Part shown: positions 11,620 through 25,575 of the stretch, piece by piece
Layout: each line of letters begins with the position of its first letter
Numbering within the stretch: position 1 is the first letter of the stretch
From: Octopus sinensis
Lineage: Eukaryota
Direction of reading: 5' to 3'
Length of the DNA: 38,527 nucleotides
Assembly (NCBI RefSeq): GCF_006345805.1
Contig: NW_021835920.1
Location: forward strand, 1-38,527
Notes under the pieces: generated by a model
What the model was told of the DNA's origin: nothing
The model's input: the letters and a program-made list of their open reading frames with translations, nothing else
Databases searched by the model: none
Program-made: the position numbers and the translations under genes

Positions 11620-12061
11620 TTTTTTACTTGTTTCAGTCATTTGACTGCGGCCATGCTGGAGCACCGCCTTTAGTCGAGCAAATCGACCCCGGGACTTATT
11701 CCTTGTAAGCCCAGTACTTATTCTATCGGTCTCTTTTTGCCGAACCGCTAAGTCACGGGGACGTAAACACACCAGCATCGGTTGTCAAGCAATGCTAGGG
11801 GGACAAATACAGACACACAAACACACACACACACACACACAACACACACACACACACGCACACACACACACATATATATATATATACATATATATATGAC
11901 AGGCTTCTTTCAGTTTCCGTCTACCAAATCCACTCACAAGGCATTGGTCGGCCCGGGGGCTATAGTAGAAGACACTTGCCCAAGATGCCACGCAGTGGGA
12001 CAGAACCCGGAACCGTGTGGTTGGTAAACAAGCTACTTACCACACAGCCACTCCTGCGCCT
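11620..12061 (-). mobile_element. Full-length tRNA-derived SINE family A (octopus OK/OR-type)
   Basis: Minus-strand head AGGCGCAGGAGTGGCTGTGTGGTAAG with a B-box-like GGTTCTGTCCC, an internal (TA)/(TG) microsatellite, and tail GTCAAATGACTGAAACAAGTAAAA. Homologous copies at 33765 and 36690. Confidence 0.9.
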
Positions 12062-12179
12062 CAGATATAGATAGATATATATTATCAATCGGTAGAGGTT
12101 TCAGAGTTACTCAAGGACCGAGAGCTTCGTGCATTGTCACTCTGTAAATTTTGTCTATTAATGATAACAAAAGATTGTG

Positions 12180-12201
12180 AGATAGACAGACAGGCAGACA
12201 G

Positions 12202-12259
<58 letters not shown>

Positions 12260-12476
12260 TCTGTGGGGGAGGTGAGAGAGTGTATGTGTGTGTGAGAGAG
12301 AGAGTGTGTGTGTGTGTATGAGTGAGAGAGTGTGTGAGAGAGAGAGTGTGTGTGTGTGTGAGAGAGAGAGTGTGTGTGTGTGTATGAGAGAGAGAGTGTG
12401 TGAGAGAGAGAGAGTGTGTGAGAGAGAGAGTGTGTGAGAGAGAGAGTGTGTGAGAGAGAGAGTGTGTGTGTGTGAA

Positions 12477-12520
<44 letters not shown>
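12180..12520. repeat. (GA)n/(GT)n compound microsatellite
   Basis: Direct reading. Confidence 0.9.
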
Positions 12521-12521
<1 letters not shown>

Positions 12522-12565
12522 CGTATATGGAAGAAAGATAAATATCTAATTTACTTTTAAAAAAT

Positions 12566-12571
12566 TTTATT
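12566..12571 (-). promoter_or_regulatory. Candidate polyadenylation signal AATAAA
   Basis: First minus-strand AATAAA I found downstream of the repaired stop at 12932 (~360 nt). Such hexamers are common in AT-rich DNA. Confidence 0.3.
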
Positions 12572-12931
12572 CGTAAAAGTGAATACAATAAATAAATTAT
12601 GTTAATGAGGTGCGCATTTTGCACGGAGCAATGCGTGCATATGTGCGTGTATACATGTGTGTATGTGCATATACTTGTGTATATGTGCGTTTGTGTGTGT
12701 GTATGATTATACATGGATTGGACATGGATGCGTATATTTATATCGATTTACTATATACAAATATTTACATATATTACAATATCTACATATGTATATATAT
12801 TACAATAATTACACAAACAAACAATTTATATAATGAATAATAGCAAACGAAACATGCATATTATATAGATATATATACACCCATCCACAATGTGTGTATG
12901 GGGCTGTTATTTAGACTCAATAACGACTGGT

Positions 12932-13669
12932 TCAATGACGGCGGCGTCTGTTCGATTTCAACCTGCGGTGTTTCCCTTTTTTGCTTTTATTGGTCCCTTT
13001 TCGATTTTTCAATAAATGGCGATTTCGCCCGCTCTTCGGGATCTTTACTCTTTCCTTTACCTTCTTTCGTTTTATTTCTTCTTCTTCTTCTTCTTCTTCT
13101 TCTTCTCTTCTTCATCATCACTCATTCCAGTCTCTTCTTTCTTTTCTTTCTTTTCTCTCTTCGTTTTCATTGTTTCCACTTCCGTTTCCGGTTTCTCATT
13201 TTTATCAGTATTAACATCATCAAAATCATCACTGTCATCATCACTACCAGCAACATCATCGTCATAGTTGTAGAGGTTATCGACGCCGCCCTCATCACCA
13301 TCATCATCACCATCACCATCATCATCATATTCTCCACGACGTCCTCGAAGTTTCCTCGCTTTACCTCTGCTCTTAATTCCCGTGGTTCTTCCATCATAGA
13401 ACTTTTCTAAACTTCTGAATCCATTTGCGACTCTCCTGTTCCGTTCATCGGTGGTGGTCTTGCCGTCAATGCCAGAATTAAACCTTTCACTAACGCCATC
13501 AGCGTAGCCGCCATTTTCGATATCACTTGAGAATTTATCTCTTCTTTGAAGACGACTGGCTTTTTGGGGCGTTTTCCGTTGTTTTAACACTTTGCCTTTT
13601 CGCCCTCGACGTTTTTTGCTTTGACTTTGTTCTGTTGGTCCCACGGTGGTAGTTGGAGTCCCTCGTTCA
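12932..13669 (-). CDS. Coding exon 11 (terminal): basic and D/E-rich low-complexity tail
   Basis: Branch point ACTAAC (13705-13700), long polypyrimidine tract, then CAG|TGAACG. Phase 2 entry gives S-ERGTPTTT.... The read frame stops at 13072 (TAA). Restoring 1 nt at 13106-13107 gives poly-E plus 47 basic residues to TGA at 12932-12934. Confidence 0.85.
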
Positions 13670-16166
13670 CTGGAAGGAGAAAGAAAAGTAAAAGAAAACG
13701 TTAGTTGAGGTCTATATTTATGCAAAGCATTCTCTCTAAGCAACTGTTAAGAGTGTCACAACCAACAACACCGACATCCATTGGTAACAGCAACAAGAAT
13801 TAGAACAACATCACTTACTAACAACAACAACAGCAACAACAACAACAACAACACTACCAACTCACTCCTGAGTGAAAATGGCTTCAAATTTTGGCACAAG
13901 GCCAGCAATTTCGGGGAAAGGCGTAAATCGATTACATCGACCCCAGTACTCATCTGGTTCTTATTTCATCGATCTCGAATGGATGAAAGGCAAGGTCGAC
14001 GACGGCGGAATTTGAACTCGGAACATAAAGACAAACGAAATGCCACTAAGCATTTCGTCCAGAACGCTAACGATTCTTATTTCTTTATTGCCCACAAGGG
14101 GCTAAACATAGAGGGGACAAACAAGGACAGACAAAAGAATTAAGTCGATTACATCGACTCCAGTGCGTAACTGGTACTTAATTTATCGACCACGAAAGGA
14201 TGAAAGGCAAAATCGACCTCGGCGGAATTTGATCTCAGAACGTAACGGCAGACGAAATACCACTCAGTATTTTGCCCGGCTCGCCGCCTTAGTAAGAATA
14301 ACAATCCTTTCTACTAAACGCACAAAGCCGGAAATTTTGGGGAAGAGGACTTGTCGATTACATCGACCCCAGTGTTTCACCGGTACTTCTTTCATCAATC
14401 CCGAAAGAATGAAAGACAAAGTCGACCTCGGTGGAATTTGAACTCAGAACGTGCAGACAGATGACGGATGAAATACCGTTAAGCATTTTGTCCAACGCGC
14501 TAACAGTTCTGCCAGCTCGCTGCCTCCTGAGTAATAATGATTCCTGGTCACAAGACTTTTAAGACGAGGGTTTATTTGATGCCATTATCCTAACGATTCT
14601 GCCAGTTCACCGACTTCGTGACGTCACAGGTAAAATTTCCTATTATCACTTGGTACATCTTTTGTCCGTTGCCCGCTGTATCGGGATACAGAAAGGGCTA
14701 AAAAAACATTTTTAAATGAAGGGTAAAAGTGTAAAGATCCCCTTCGGTCATGAATGACCATGGGATTACAAGTAGAAAGTTCCCTCCCGAGGCACAAATC
14801 TGAGCAAGATTGTTTATGGAAGACCAGCAGTCACCCATGCAAACCAGACTCCACTCTCCACACCACTGCAGGGAAAGGCAAAGGGGCCGATACAGTTTGG
14901 CACCAGTAACGTCACAACTCATTTCTACAGCTGAGTGAACTGGAGCAACGTGAAATGAAGTGTCTTGCTCAAGAACAAAACACACAGCTTGGTGTAGGAA
15001 TTGAACTCACTACCTCATGATTGTGAGACCGACGCTCTAACCACTAACTCCAACACACACACACACACACATCACCACCACCACCAGCACTACCACCAAA
15101 ATACCAACATAATTAATTGTACGAAATTAATAAAAATAAATTAATGAATATAAAAGAAGAATTCCTACCTGTTTGCTGATTGGATGCAGCAGTTAAGAAA
15201 GGCCTTCGAACACGCTGATTGGTCCCTTTGAAAATTCGCATCTTGGTATTGGGTGCGCACAATATTACAGAATTTACGTAGGGTCACCCTTGAACCAAAT
15301 GTGGGTAAACGTTGACCGACTCGAAGTCCTTCAGTGCAACAGAAACTGGCATCTTGAGAGCCTGTAAAATATGCCAACCCCGAAAGGGAACATGCGTTAG
15401 TTGATCTTTATCGAAGAGAGGGGTCATGTGCAATTAGCGTTATTATAGATGTAATTGTAATAATAATTAATTAGCATTCAGTTTTATTATTATCGTTATT
15501 TTATATATACCATTGCTAAGATGAAATACAAGTACATATATTATTATTACTACAAATTAAAAAAAGTCTAACGAAAAATAAATATGTATGTATTTAAGTA
15601 TGTGTGTCTGTATGTATGTATGCATGTATGTCTGTATGTATGTATGCATGCGTGTATGTATGTATGCATGCATACATATATGCATACATACATATATGCA
15701 TACATAATAATGTTCGTCCTTCGGTTCGAAGATGACCAACTGACATCATCTGATGGAACTGCATGCGTGTATGTATGTATGCATGCATACATATATGCAT
15801 ACATACATATATGCATACATACCTATACATCTATTACATAGATTTGTATGCGTGTGTGTATGTGCTTGAACATGCTTGCTCGATCAGAGGCATACATTAC
15901 GTATATGGCCGTGTGTACGTGTGTGTGTAAGTGTGTGTGTATGTCTATGTATGTTTCACTATGTACATTTGTGCGTTTGTGTATGGTTGTGTGTGTGTGC
16001 GTGTACTTTAACACTACCACGAAAGAAACATACATTACAAAATAACTGTTTACATCTAAACAAACAATGAACATGAATAATATAAACAAAACAAATACGT
16101 ATATATTACAAATATATATATATATAAGCAGATGAATATATGTATATATATATATACATATATATA

Positions 16167-16213
<47 letters not shown>

Positions 16214-17066
16214 TTCATTTATATATACATATATAATGTATGTATATTCATATATATATATGAATTCATATATACACTACATACATATTCGTATATATTT
16301 TTCTTTTTTTTTATGTTAAACCGGGGTACACCGTACCTTTCAATCTTTTAGAAACCAGTGGAACAAGATGGTGGTCATCTTTCAGATTGGCGTTATTTTT
16401 CCCACCCGTATAACGATCCGTGTCTTTAACCTGGTTTCGCACATCGTCCCTTGACCGACCCGGGGTGAACACAGCTGGATCGCGACTAGAATGCTTCAGT
16501 TTCGGTTCCCCGTTTTCGGACATCAGTAAAAGTTTGTTTTCCTTTCGGCCACTCAGACTTAAATCTCTGGCCTAAATGCAAGATATGCACATTTTTTTGT
16601 TTTTTGTTCGTTTCTATTTTGTGTTTTTTTTTTTTTCTTTTGTCAAGACACACAAAATACATTTAAATAAACAATATCAACAAGAACAACAGCAAGAATA
16701 AGAATGCAATATAGTCAACAACCAACAACAAAATAATAGCTATAAACACATTAGTTAAATAACAATGCTCAGTTATAGATCGTATATAAATATACATGCA
16801 TAGATATATATATAATCTTTACAGATATAGTGTGAAAAATTATTAATTTAATAAAATCAACAAATTTCACCTAGTAGTTTTTCGGTATGGAAAAGAACCA
16901 TATTCGGTAAAAACTTACACAAAAAGTTTTTTTATATATATATATAATTATAACAATAGGGGTTTAGCAACAAGTTGCTTGACCACATACCGAAAATTAT
17001 AGAAATAGCAGCCAAAAGACTGCTATTTCTTTTCTCTACAAAAATATGTCTCCAAAATTATTGTTA

Positions 17067-17111
<45 letters not shown>

Positions 17112-19539
17112 AGGTTTTGTCTCGGCATATATTATTACTTTTCTTTCGTTGATATAAATATATTTTATTTTGTTGATGTTTGATGAAGAAATTAGCAACA
17201 AAAATCAAACACACGTTCATAAATGCATAGATACGCAAACGCACACACACACCGTGCATATATACATATACACATATATGCATACACACACACACTGACA
17301 AGTTTTTTTTCATTCTCTCTCTGTTTTTATTTTCTCTTATTCCTATCTCTTCATTGAAGAGCGTAGGCTCGAAACGTAAAAGACTTTTTCATTTTCGCCA
17401 GCGTCAAACTAATACACATGCCTTTTGTTCCTACACCTGTCTTCGTCTTTTGTTTTCTGTAAATTTTAACTATATATATATATATATATATGTATGTATA
17501 TATATAAGCAAGCATATATACATACATCACGATAACCCAAAATCATTTGTGTAGGTCTTTCAGCAAGAAATAGAAGAACCGTCTTTATCGGACTACGAAA
17601 AGACTACCACCATATGTGTGTGTATGTGTGATGTCTTATTTATCTATGTAAATGTACACGTGTATGCGAATGTGTTTATGTATGTGTGTTTCTGTGTAGA
17701 TGCAGGTATCTGTATGCGTGTAAAACATTTGGTTGTTCGCTAAAAACTCACTAATAATTATAACCACATTAATCCCTCGTAACATCGCGGTTTATTTTTT
17801 AAGCTTTCGTTGATTCCTCTGTGGTGTTGTTTTGTATTTATAATAAAATAAATATATACACACGATAAAAATTAATAAAAGGAATATACAGTACTGTTCC
17901 TACTTCGCGGATTTTCACCTATCGCGGGCGGGGTGGTGGTTAGAACGTAGCAGCCGCGATAGTCGAGGGATTACAGCGTGATATATATATGGCCTTCCAG
18001 TGGTCAATAGCAAATTTATATCGGTACAAATTATATCTCATAACACCCAGTATATCATTATTTTTTCTTAATATAAGACAATCTAAAATCCTTTTTGTTA
18101 TAGAGACAAGGGCTGAGATTTTGAAGAGGGGCCGATGCCTTGTCAGTTACATAGATCCCCTCCCCCACCACCAGTGTTAAACTGGTGCTTATCTTATCAA
18201 CCACGAAAGGCAAAGTCGACCTCGCCGGAATTTGAACTCAGAACGAAACGAAGCATTTTATCCGACGTGCTAACGGTCCAACCACCCCACCGCCTCAAAG
18301 CAGTCTAAAATCAAAATCAATTAAAATTTAATTTACATGTATCTTATTATACAATTATTGATTAATTTGTTAATTTGTAATATTTTGCTAAATTGTGTTG
18401 TTGCGTAATAGAATTAAAAGGAAATTTATATTCGCTGCCAATAAATTATGCAGACCGATTTCTCAATTTCTGTAATGAAACGTTGCACATCCCTAGAATA
18501 CGGCACCACAATCCGTCTGAAATTGGTTGCCATTGATTAGCATTATGGTTTTCTTATTGTTTATAATTAGCGGATGAACGATTATTTAGAATTGATATCT
18601 AGTATTGATCACTAGATGTAAGTATTGATTGCTAAGACATGCACAAAGGCCACGTGATTTGGTGGGGTGGGGGTGGGGTGGAGAATACAGTCGACTGAAA
18701 TATAGTATGGGTGAATGGTTAAGAATCCCGATTCGCAATCATGAGGTTCCGGATTCGATCCTACTGCATGACATCTTGCGTAGATATCTTTATTAGAGCC
18801 TCGGGTGGACATAAGTAACGTATGGAATGTTTTCATGATTGTAATATCCAGTCTTGCCATATATTTATTCCACTTTGATTCTGCGATAAAATTACGTTAA
18901 TTACGAGTTCGAAGGAGACTCAGTCATTTATCTGCTGATTCAGTGAGCAGGGAATTCTTTTCATGAAACAACAGAATATTCATCTTCGAAATTGACGGAG
19001 ATCCACTCAACATTTTTTTTGTACTAATTGCATCCACTTTCCAAATATATTTCCGAAGCTGGCAACTACTATCAACTTCATTTTTTAAAGCAATTAGCAG
19101 CATAATTATTTTCATGACTTTTTAAATTACTAACGGAAACAGTCGAACAGCTAAGTAATTCTGAGAAATTGTGTATATGAATTCAATTGCATAATAAAAC
19201 TTGAATCCACAGGTTCGAAAACCGAAAATGTAGATTGGATATAATAAGCTAAATCTTAATATAAACTTTATAGGTATACCGCTAATAATATTTTTTTTTA
19301 ATGCTCAGTTACTCAGTGCAAATATATATCTATGTATATATGTTGCAATAAAGGTAGGATTATGTCGGTCTTTGATCTAATTTATTGAGCATGCTTTCTC
19401 ATATTGCCCTTATGAAAAATCCTTAATAAATAAATATTCAAACACGAACACTGCACTGTCATGCCTTTAAAATAACATCATTGAAAGAGTCTTTTCTTCT
19501 CTATCTATGTATCTATCTATCTATCTGTCCACCTGTCTG

Positions 19540-19598
<59 letters not shown>

Positions 19599-19723
19599 GT
19601 CCACCTGTCTGTCTATCTATCTATCTGTCCACCTGTCTGTCTATCTATCTATCTGTCCACCTGTCTGTCTATCTATCTATCTGTCCACCTGTCTGTCTAT
19701 CTATCTATCTGTCCACCTGTCTG

Positions 19724-19796
<73 letters not shown>

Positions 19797-20328
19797 AATA
19801 TCTGTCTGTCAGTCTGTCTGTCTATATATACATGTGTGTGTGAGTGTGCGTGTGTCTGTGGACACAAACAAAAGCACTCGCCTTATTAGCTGCTGTCATA
19901 CACACACAAACACGCGCACATACGCAAATCTGTGCTATTTGAAACCGAAAATACACACACACACATAATGCATACATAAAAGAAGAAACGCATACACCAA
20001 TTCTTAATCACACAGTAATACGCCATCACACATGCACACACCTACATACAAAACGCTGTTTTTCTTCATTCACACATATATACTCAAACGCAACACAACA
20101 GCATCAACATAAATACACGCGTAGGCATAAATGATTTAGGGGTTAACACGATCAACAAATACTTACATTGGCCAACGGGTTGGTTTGGTAATATTCTAAG
20201 TCAACCAATGGATGGGTTTCGTCGTAAAACGCGATGTGGTCTGGACTGTGAGAGCTTCGTTCTGAGGAGTTTTTCGCAAAGCATTCGTAACGGCTCTCAG
20301 CTAAAAGAAACGTATAAAACAGCAAAAT

Positions 20329-20409
<81 letters not shown>

Positions 20410-20459
20410 GTGTTGTGTGAGTGAGTGTGTGCATGTATGTATAAATATATATGCGTATG

Positions 20460-20501
<42 letters not shown>

Positions 20502-23256
20502 TATGTGTATATGTATATATATACATAAGTATATATGTATAGATATATATGTATATATATATATGTGTGTATTCATTAAAATTAACTTGTTTTTGTAGCC
20601 GGAGCTACGTATGTATATATGTGTGTGTGTGTGTATGTGTATGTATGTATATATATATATATGTATATGTATGTATATGTGCATGTATATATATGTTTGT
20701 ATGTATGTATATATGAACATACGAATATGTGTGTGTGTACGTATGTATATAAATGTATTTCTGATAACAGCCATCATTTGAAATATCCCTCCCCACACTC
20801 CACCTGTCACCTATGCTTTTTTTCTTGACACCAATTGATATACCCATGTCTACACAGAACACTCACTACAACAATAACATCAGCCGGCAGAACCTTAGAA
20901 TAATAGAATCCTTTTCTATTCCAACACCACCTACCAAGACATAGCAACCAAACTGCCTCTAACATACGTTCTTCCAAGTTAGGAATAGAGACATTCTACA
21001 ATGCTCTTTTGTCGTCGATATAGATAAAAAGAAAACAGACGGTACGGCCATTGTTAAAATCCTTCAGATCATAGGTCTGCAGGGGCTAATGGAGTTTTGC
21101 ACCTCTCCTTAAAAAATGCATTATTTTGAAAATTTTTTTCGGGTCCCTACGTTTTAGATGTCGGAGATTACGAATATGCAAAAACAAAATTATCCCCCCT
21201 CGTTCCCCTCCCCCTCCCCTATTTAAAATTTTAATTTTTTTTCGAAATTTTTCTTTCTCCTATGTTTTAGATGCCAGAGATCCCAGATATGCAAGAAACC
21301 GCGTTTTTAAAATTTTAAATTCAATAAGTATATAGATATGTGTATAAAGAGATAAATAGATATGAAGGTCTTCCTGGGGCTAAAAACAACAGTAATACCG
21401 TCTTCTATGGGACCGCCACATTTAGTTGACAAATATATTTTATGAATAAATGGACAGGAATAAATAGACAGACAGATAAATACATAGATGAATGAAAAAG
21501 TCCAAAATTTAAAATTGGGGCAGGGCTGAAATTTGAGCCACTTATTAAACTTAATAACATTAATTACAAAACATTAATGTTTGTTTCTCATAAAATGGTG
21601 AATATTTAATTTACATTAAATTATTACTTACGATTATCTAAGGCAAACACAAGTAAGTTCTTTTCACTTTAATTTCGTTTTTGGATTTGGTTTGCAAGAT
21701 TCTTCATATGAGTTCGTGTGTTGAAGCATATTCTGTTGTGTCTGGGGAGAGTCATTTTCCTTTTGTGCCTTATAATGTAACACACTCACCGGTAAAATTT
21801 CCACTTATTTCTTATTTTTATTTTCCTAAAATTTTCGTTGCGTCTTGCAACCTTTTCAATAGTCTTACTTGGGAGTCAAGATTATTGAAAAGGTTGTAAG
21901 ATGCAACGAAAATTTTAGGAAAATAAAATTAAGAAAAAAGTGGAAATTTTACCGGTGAGTGTGTTACATTATAAGGCACGTAAAGAAAATGACTCTTCCC
22001 AAACACAGTAGAATTTCATTTTAATGTTTTTGTCTGTATTTAATTACGATTTGCAATATGTTCGTCAATTCGTTACGATCTCTTTAAAGTGAAGATGTAG
22101 GGCAGGATGAAATTTAAAAAAAAAGATGTTTGCATATTCGTAATCTCCAACATCTAAAACGTAGGAATCCCCCCCCCCCATTTTTTTTAATGCATTTTTC
22201 TTGTTGAGATGCAAAACTGCACTCGCCCCGGTTTGCTCAGTCACAGCTGATTAGGTCTGCTGAGCAATAATGTTGAATTTGTGTGTAGAGGGCCTTATGA
22301 TATTACTAAGGTTGCGATTGTTCAGCCGTCGAAATCGCAGTTAAATCTTTCTCAAATCGCATAGTACTGTCTTAAATAAAATGGGATCTATTAGCCAATA
22401 TAGTTCCTGCTATACAAAAGGGCGGGAGGGCCAAAGCTGGAATGTCTTTTGATCAGAGGTTTTCTGAATTAGAGCTCACCTGGGGTTTAGCGATAACTTC
22501 AACAACAACAGAAAGTGAGCTGGCAGAATCGTTAGCACGCCGGGCGAAATGCTTAGCGGTATTTCGTCTGCTGTTACGTTCTGAGTTCAAATTCCGCCGA
22601 GGTCGACTTTGCCTTTCCTCCTTTCGGATTCGATAAATTAAGTACCAGTTACTACCTAGGGTAGATATGTAATCAACTTAATCCTTTTGTTCTTGTTTGT
22701 CCCCTCTATGTTTAGCCCCTTGTGGGCAATAAAGAAATAAGAAACAATATTTAAAAACTTTCTTTAAGATTCTATACTTGACAGCCTCAAAAGTAGCTTC
22801 TTACCAAGTTCATAGCAGCACGTTTCTTGTCGGGTACTCATCCAGGATTCACGATGTTTGGCGTATGGTACGGCCGGGTACCCATCACCACACAACTGGT
22901 CAATCCTGTTTCTACGGATATCCTCAAAACATTCTTGACGATTGAAAGTGTCCTGTGGTTGGCATTGGTAAAAAAGACATTTTTAAGAGAGAGGGAGAGT
23001 GAGAGAGAAAGGGGTAACAGAGAGAGAGAAAGAGAGAGAAAGAAAGAGGGAGTGTGTGAGAGAAAGGGAGAGAGAGAGCGAGAGAGGGAAGACAGGGCGG
23101 AGAGCAAGTAGAAGAGGGATGGGAAGAGTGTTAAAGAACTCTGAATGTCCGATACCAAGCGAGACAATTCGCTTCGAATGACCAAGGATGGTAGATACCG
23201 ATATTTCGCCATTATTGTGATACGCGGTGTTCTTTAACACTCGAGTGCATATATAT

Positions 23257-23300
<44 letters not shown>

Positions 23301-24543
23301 ATATATATTATATATATATAAAGAGAGATAGAGAGATAGATAGATAGACAGACAGACGGGTAGCAGACAGATAGGCAGAGATAGATAGCTTTTACAAGAT
23401 GTATATATATATATATTTGTATGTATGTATTAATGCACATATACACATACACACGCGCAAAGAAAGAAAAGAAGAAAAGTAGCAAGAGAGGGATAGAATG
23501 AGAGATTGGGCGAGAGAGAGAGAGAAAGAGAGAGAAAACGAGAGAGAGAGTCGGGGAGAAAGAGGGAGAGAGAGAGAAAAAGAGAGAGAGAGTCGGGGAG
23601 AAAGGGACAGATTTTAGGTATTCTATGAATGCAAAATTGCACGTTTAATGTGTTTCAATGTGTGTTTGTATGTACGTGTGTATATATACGTGTGTGTGGA
23701 GAGGGAGATAGAGAGAGAGAGAGAGAAAGGAAAAGAGAAAGACAGAGGAAGAGAGAGAATGGATAGAACCAATGTCTTACCGTAATCCCACAGCACGTTT
23801 GCACTTCGATTCTACGCTCTTCAAGTGCCAACTGTAGAAAATCCCACCGTGGGTCGGATTTCTCGAGATCATTCAATTGGCGTGGTTCCAAGAAATTCAC
23901 CGGAAACGAATCGCTCGTTCTTTCTTCTTCGACATGATGGCAAAGCTGCGAGAGAGATTCCTGCTTCTGCAAAGAGACGGAAATGGATAAGCATCGTATA
24001 TGTATTCATGTGTGTCCGTGCAAATAGAAACATACGTAATTTAGTAGACGGAAACTGTGTGGAATCCCGTCGTAGTTAGATATATGTATGCATGTGTGTG
24101 TGCGTGTGTGCATGTGTGTGTTTAAATAAAAGGGTTTTTTTATAGTGAGAATATTGTGAACCACTGCCCTAAAGTGCAGCATTATGCATTTGGGAAACCC
24201 TTGCTTAAACAACTGATTGTCTTCATCGAGAGTGGTGGACAGCACTCATTGCTTTTGTGTACCTACTGGTGGAAAATTTGAACCAGATATTCTCTAAGCT
24301 GGTTGGTCATTACTATCTTATTATCTCAGTTATCAACCGCAGATTATTATTATTATTCTTTTTTTAACCACGAGGAAACCAAAATTATGTCTTACCATTT
24401 TGGTCACTTCCTCCTCAAAAGTCATCAATGGAATTTTGGCTGGCTTTCTTGATGTCATGTCTGAAATCGAAAGAAGGTATTTTGCGAAATTAAAATCGAA
24501 ACTGCTTCTGATTTATGCACTAATTCATAATAATAATAATAAC

Positions 24544-24611
<68 letters not shown>

Positions 24612-25539
24612 TGATGATGATGATAATAATTCTTTCTACAATAAGCATAAGGCCTGAAATTTGCTGGGAGAAATTAAGTTGATTATATCGACCCCAGTAC
24701 TCGACCGGTGCTTATTTTATGAAGCCCGAAAAGATAAAAGGCTAAGCGAACTTCGCCAGAATTTGAACTCGGGACGCAAAGACTGACGAAATGCTGCTAA
24801 GCAATTTCGAGCGTATTGCCATTATAGTAAATATATACATTCTTTGTTTTTTTATGTAAGAAGAAATTAGGATGATGTTGCATGAGGAATATATGAAGTA
24901 ACCGATTCCAGTCACTCAAAGTAATTTAAAGTGCCAAGAGTTTTGAATCTCCAAAGAATATACAGCGACGCAACCTTTACAATGAAAGTTCTATGTAGCT
25001 AAACAAGAATGAAATATATAGATTATGAGTTCTAATTTCGTCACGTGACTAGTAATTTTGAGAGAAGACCAGAAATCGATAGCTTTGCCCCAAGTACTTG
25101 ATTGGTACTTTATTCTGTCGATCTACCAAAGACGAAGTGCTGAGGAATAAATAACAAATTTTGTGATGGTTACCTTTGGGACATATCCTTCGATAGAGAG
25201 CATCGCCGAGGGTATTACCGGAGTAGTAGAAACCTTGGATAGATTTTACGGTAATTCTGAAAGGGAAATAAAAAAAAAAACAATTTCAATTTAGGAAAAG
25301 AAGATAAGCAAAAAAAAATTTTTAAGGGAAACCAAAAGAAAAGCAAAAAAATTCAATTTAGAAAAAAAAATAAGCAAAAGAATTTTGTATAATTCAACTC
25401 ATTTTATTTTAGGGTCGGTGTTTTTCTTGAGGTGGGTCAACAAAGAAGGTTCAAATTTTACGGACATCTCTATACATATAGATACACACACATATATCTA
25501 TAAACATTCACACACATACATATATACATAATACATACA

Positions 25540-25575
<36 letters not shown>

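Noticed and set aside
12892-13410. 172-aa plus-strand ORF
   Set aside because: Antisense shadow of the low-complexity exon 11; no independent support.
15169-15361. Complement C3 or fibulin gene
   Set aside because: The spliced product lacks a GCGEQ thioester, macroglobulin-scale length and calcium-binding EGF repeats; only the ANATO-like module is shared.
18924-19115. 63-aa minus-strand ORF as an extra exon
   Set aside because: No convincing phase 0-0 splice sites, and exons 8 and 9 already join in frame.
20960-21076. Cryptic exon after CCCCTGCAG in intron 7
   Set aside because: The required phase-1 frame hits TGA at once.
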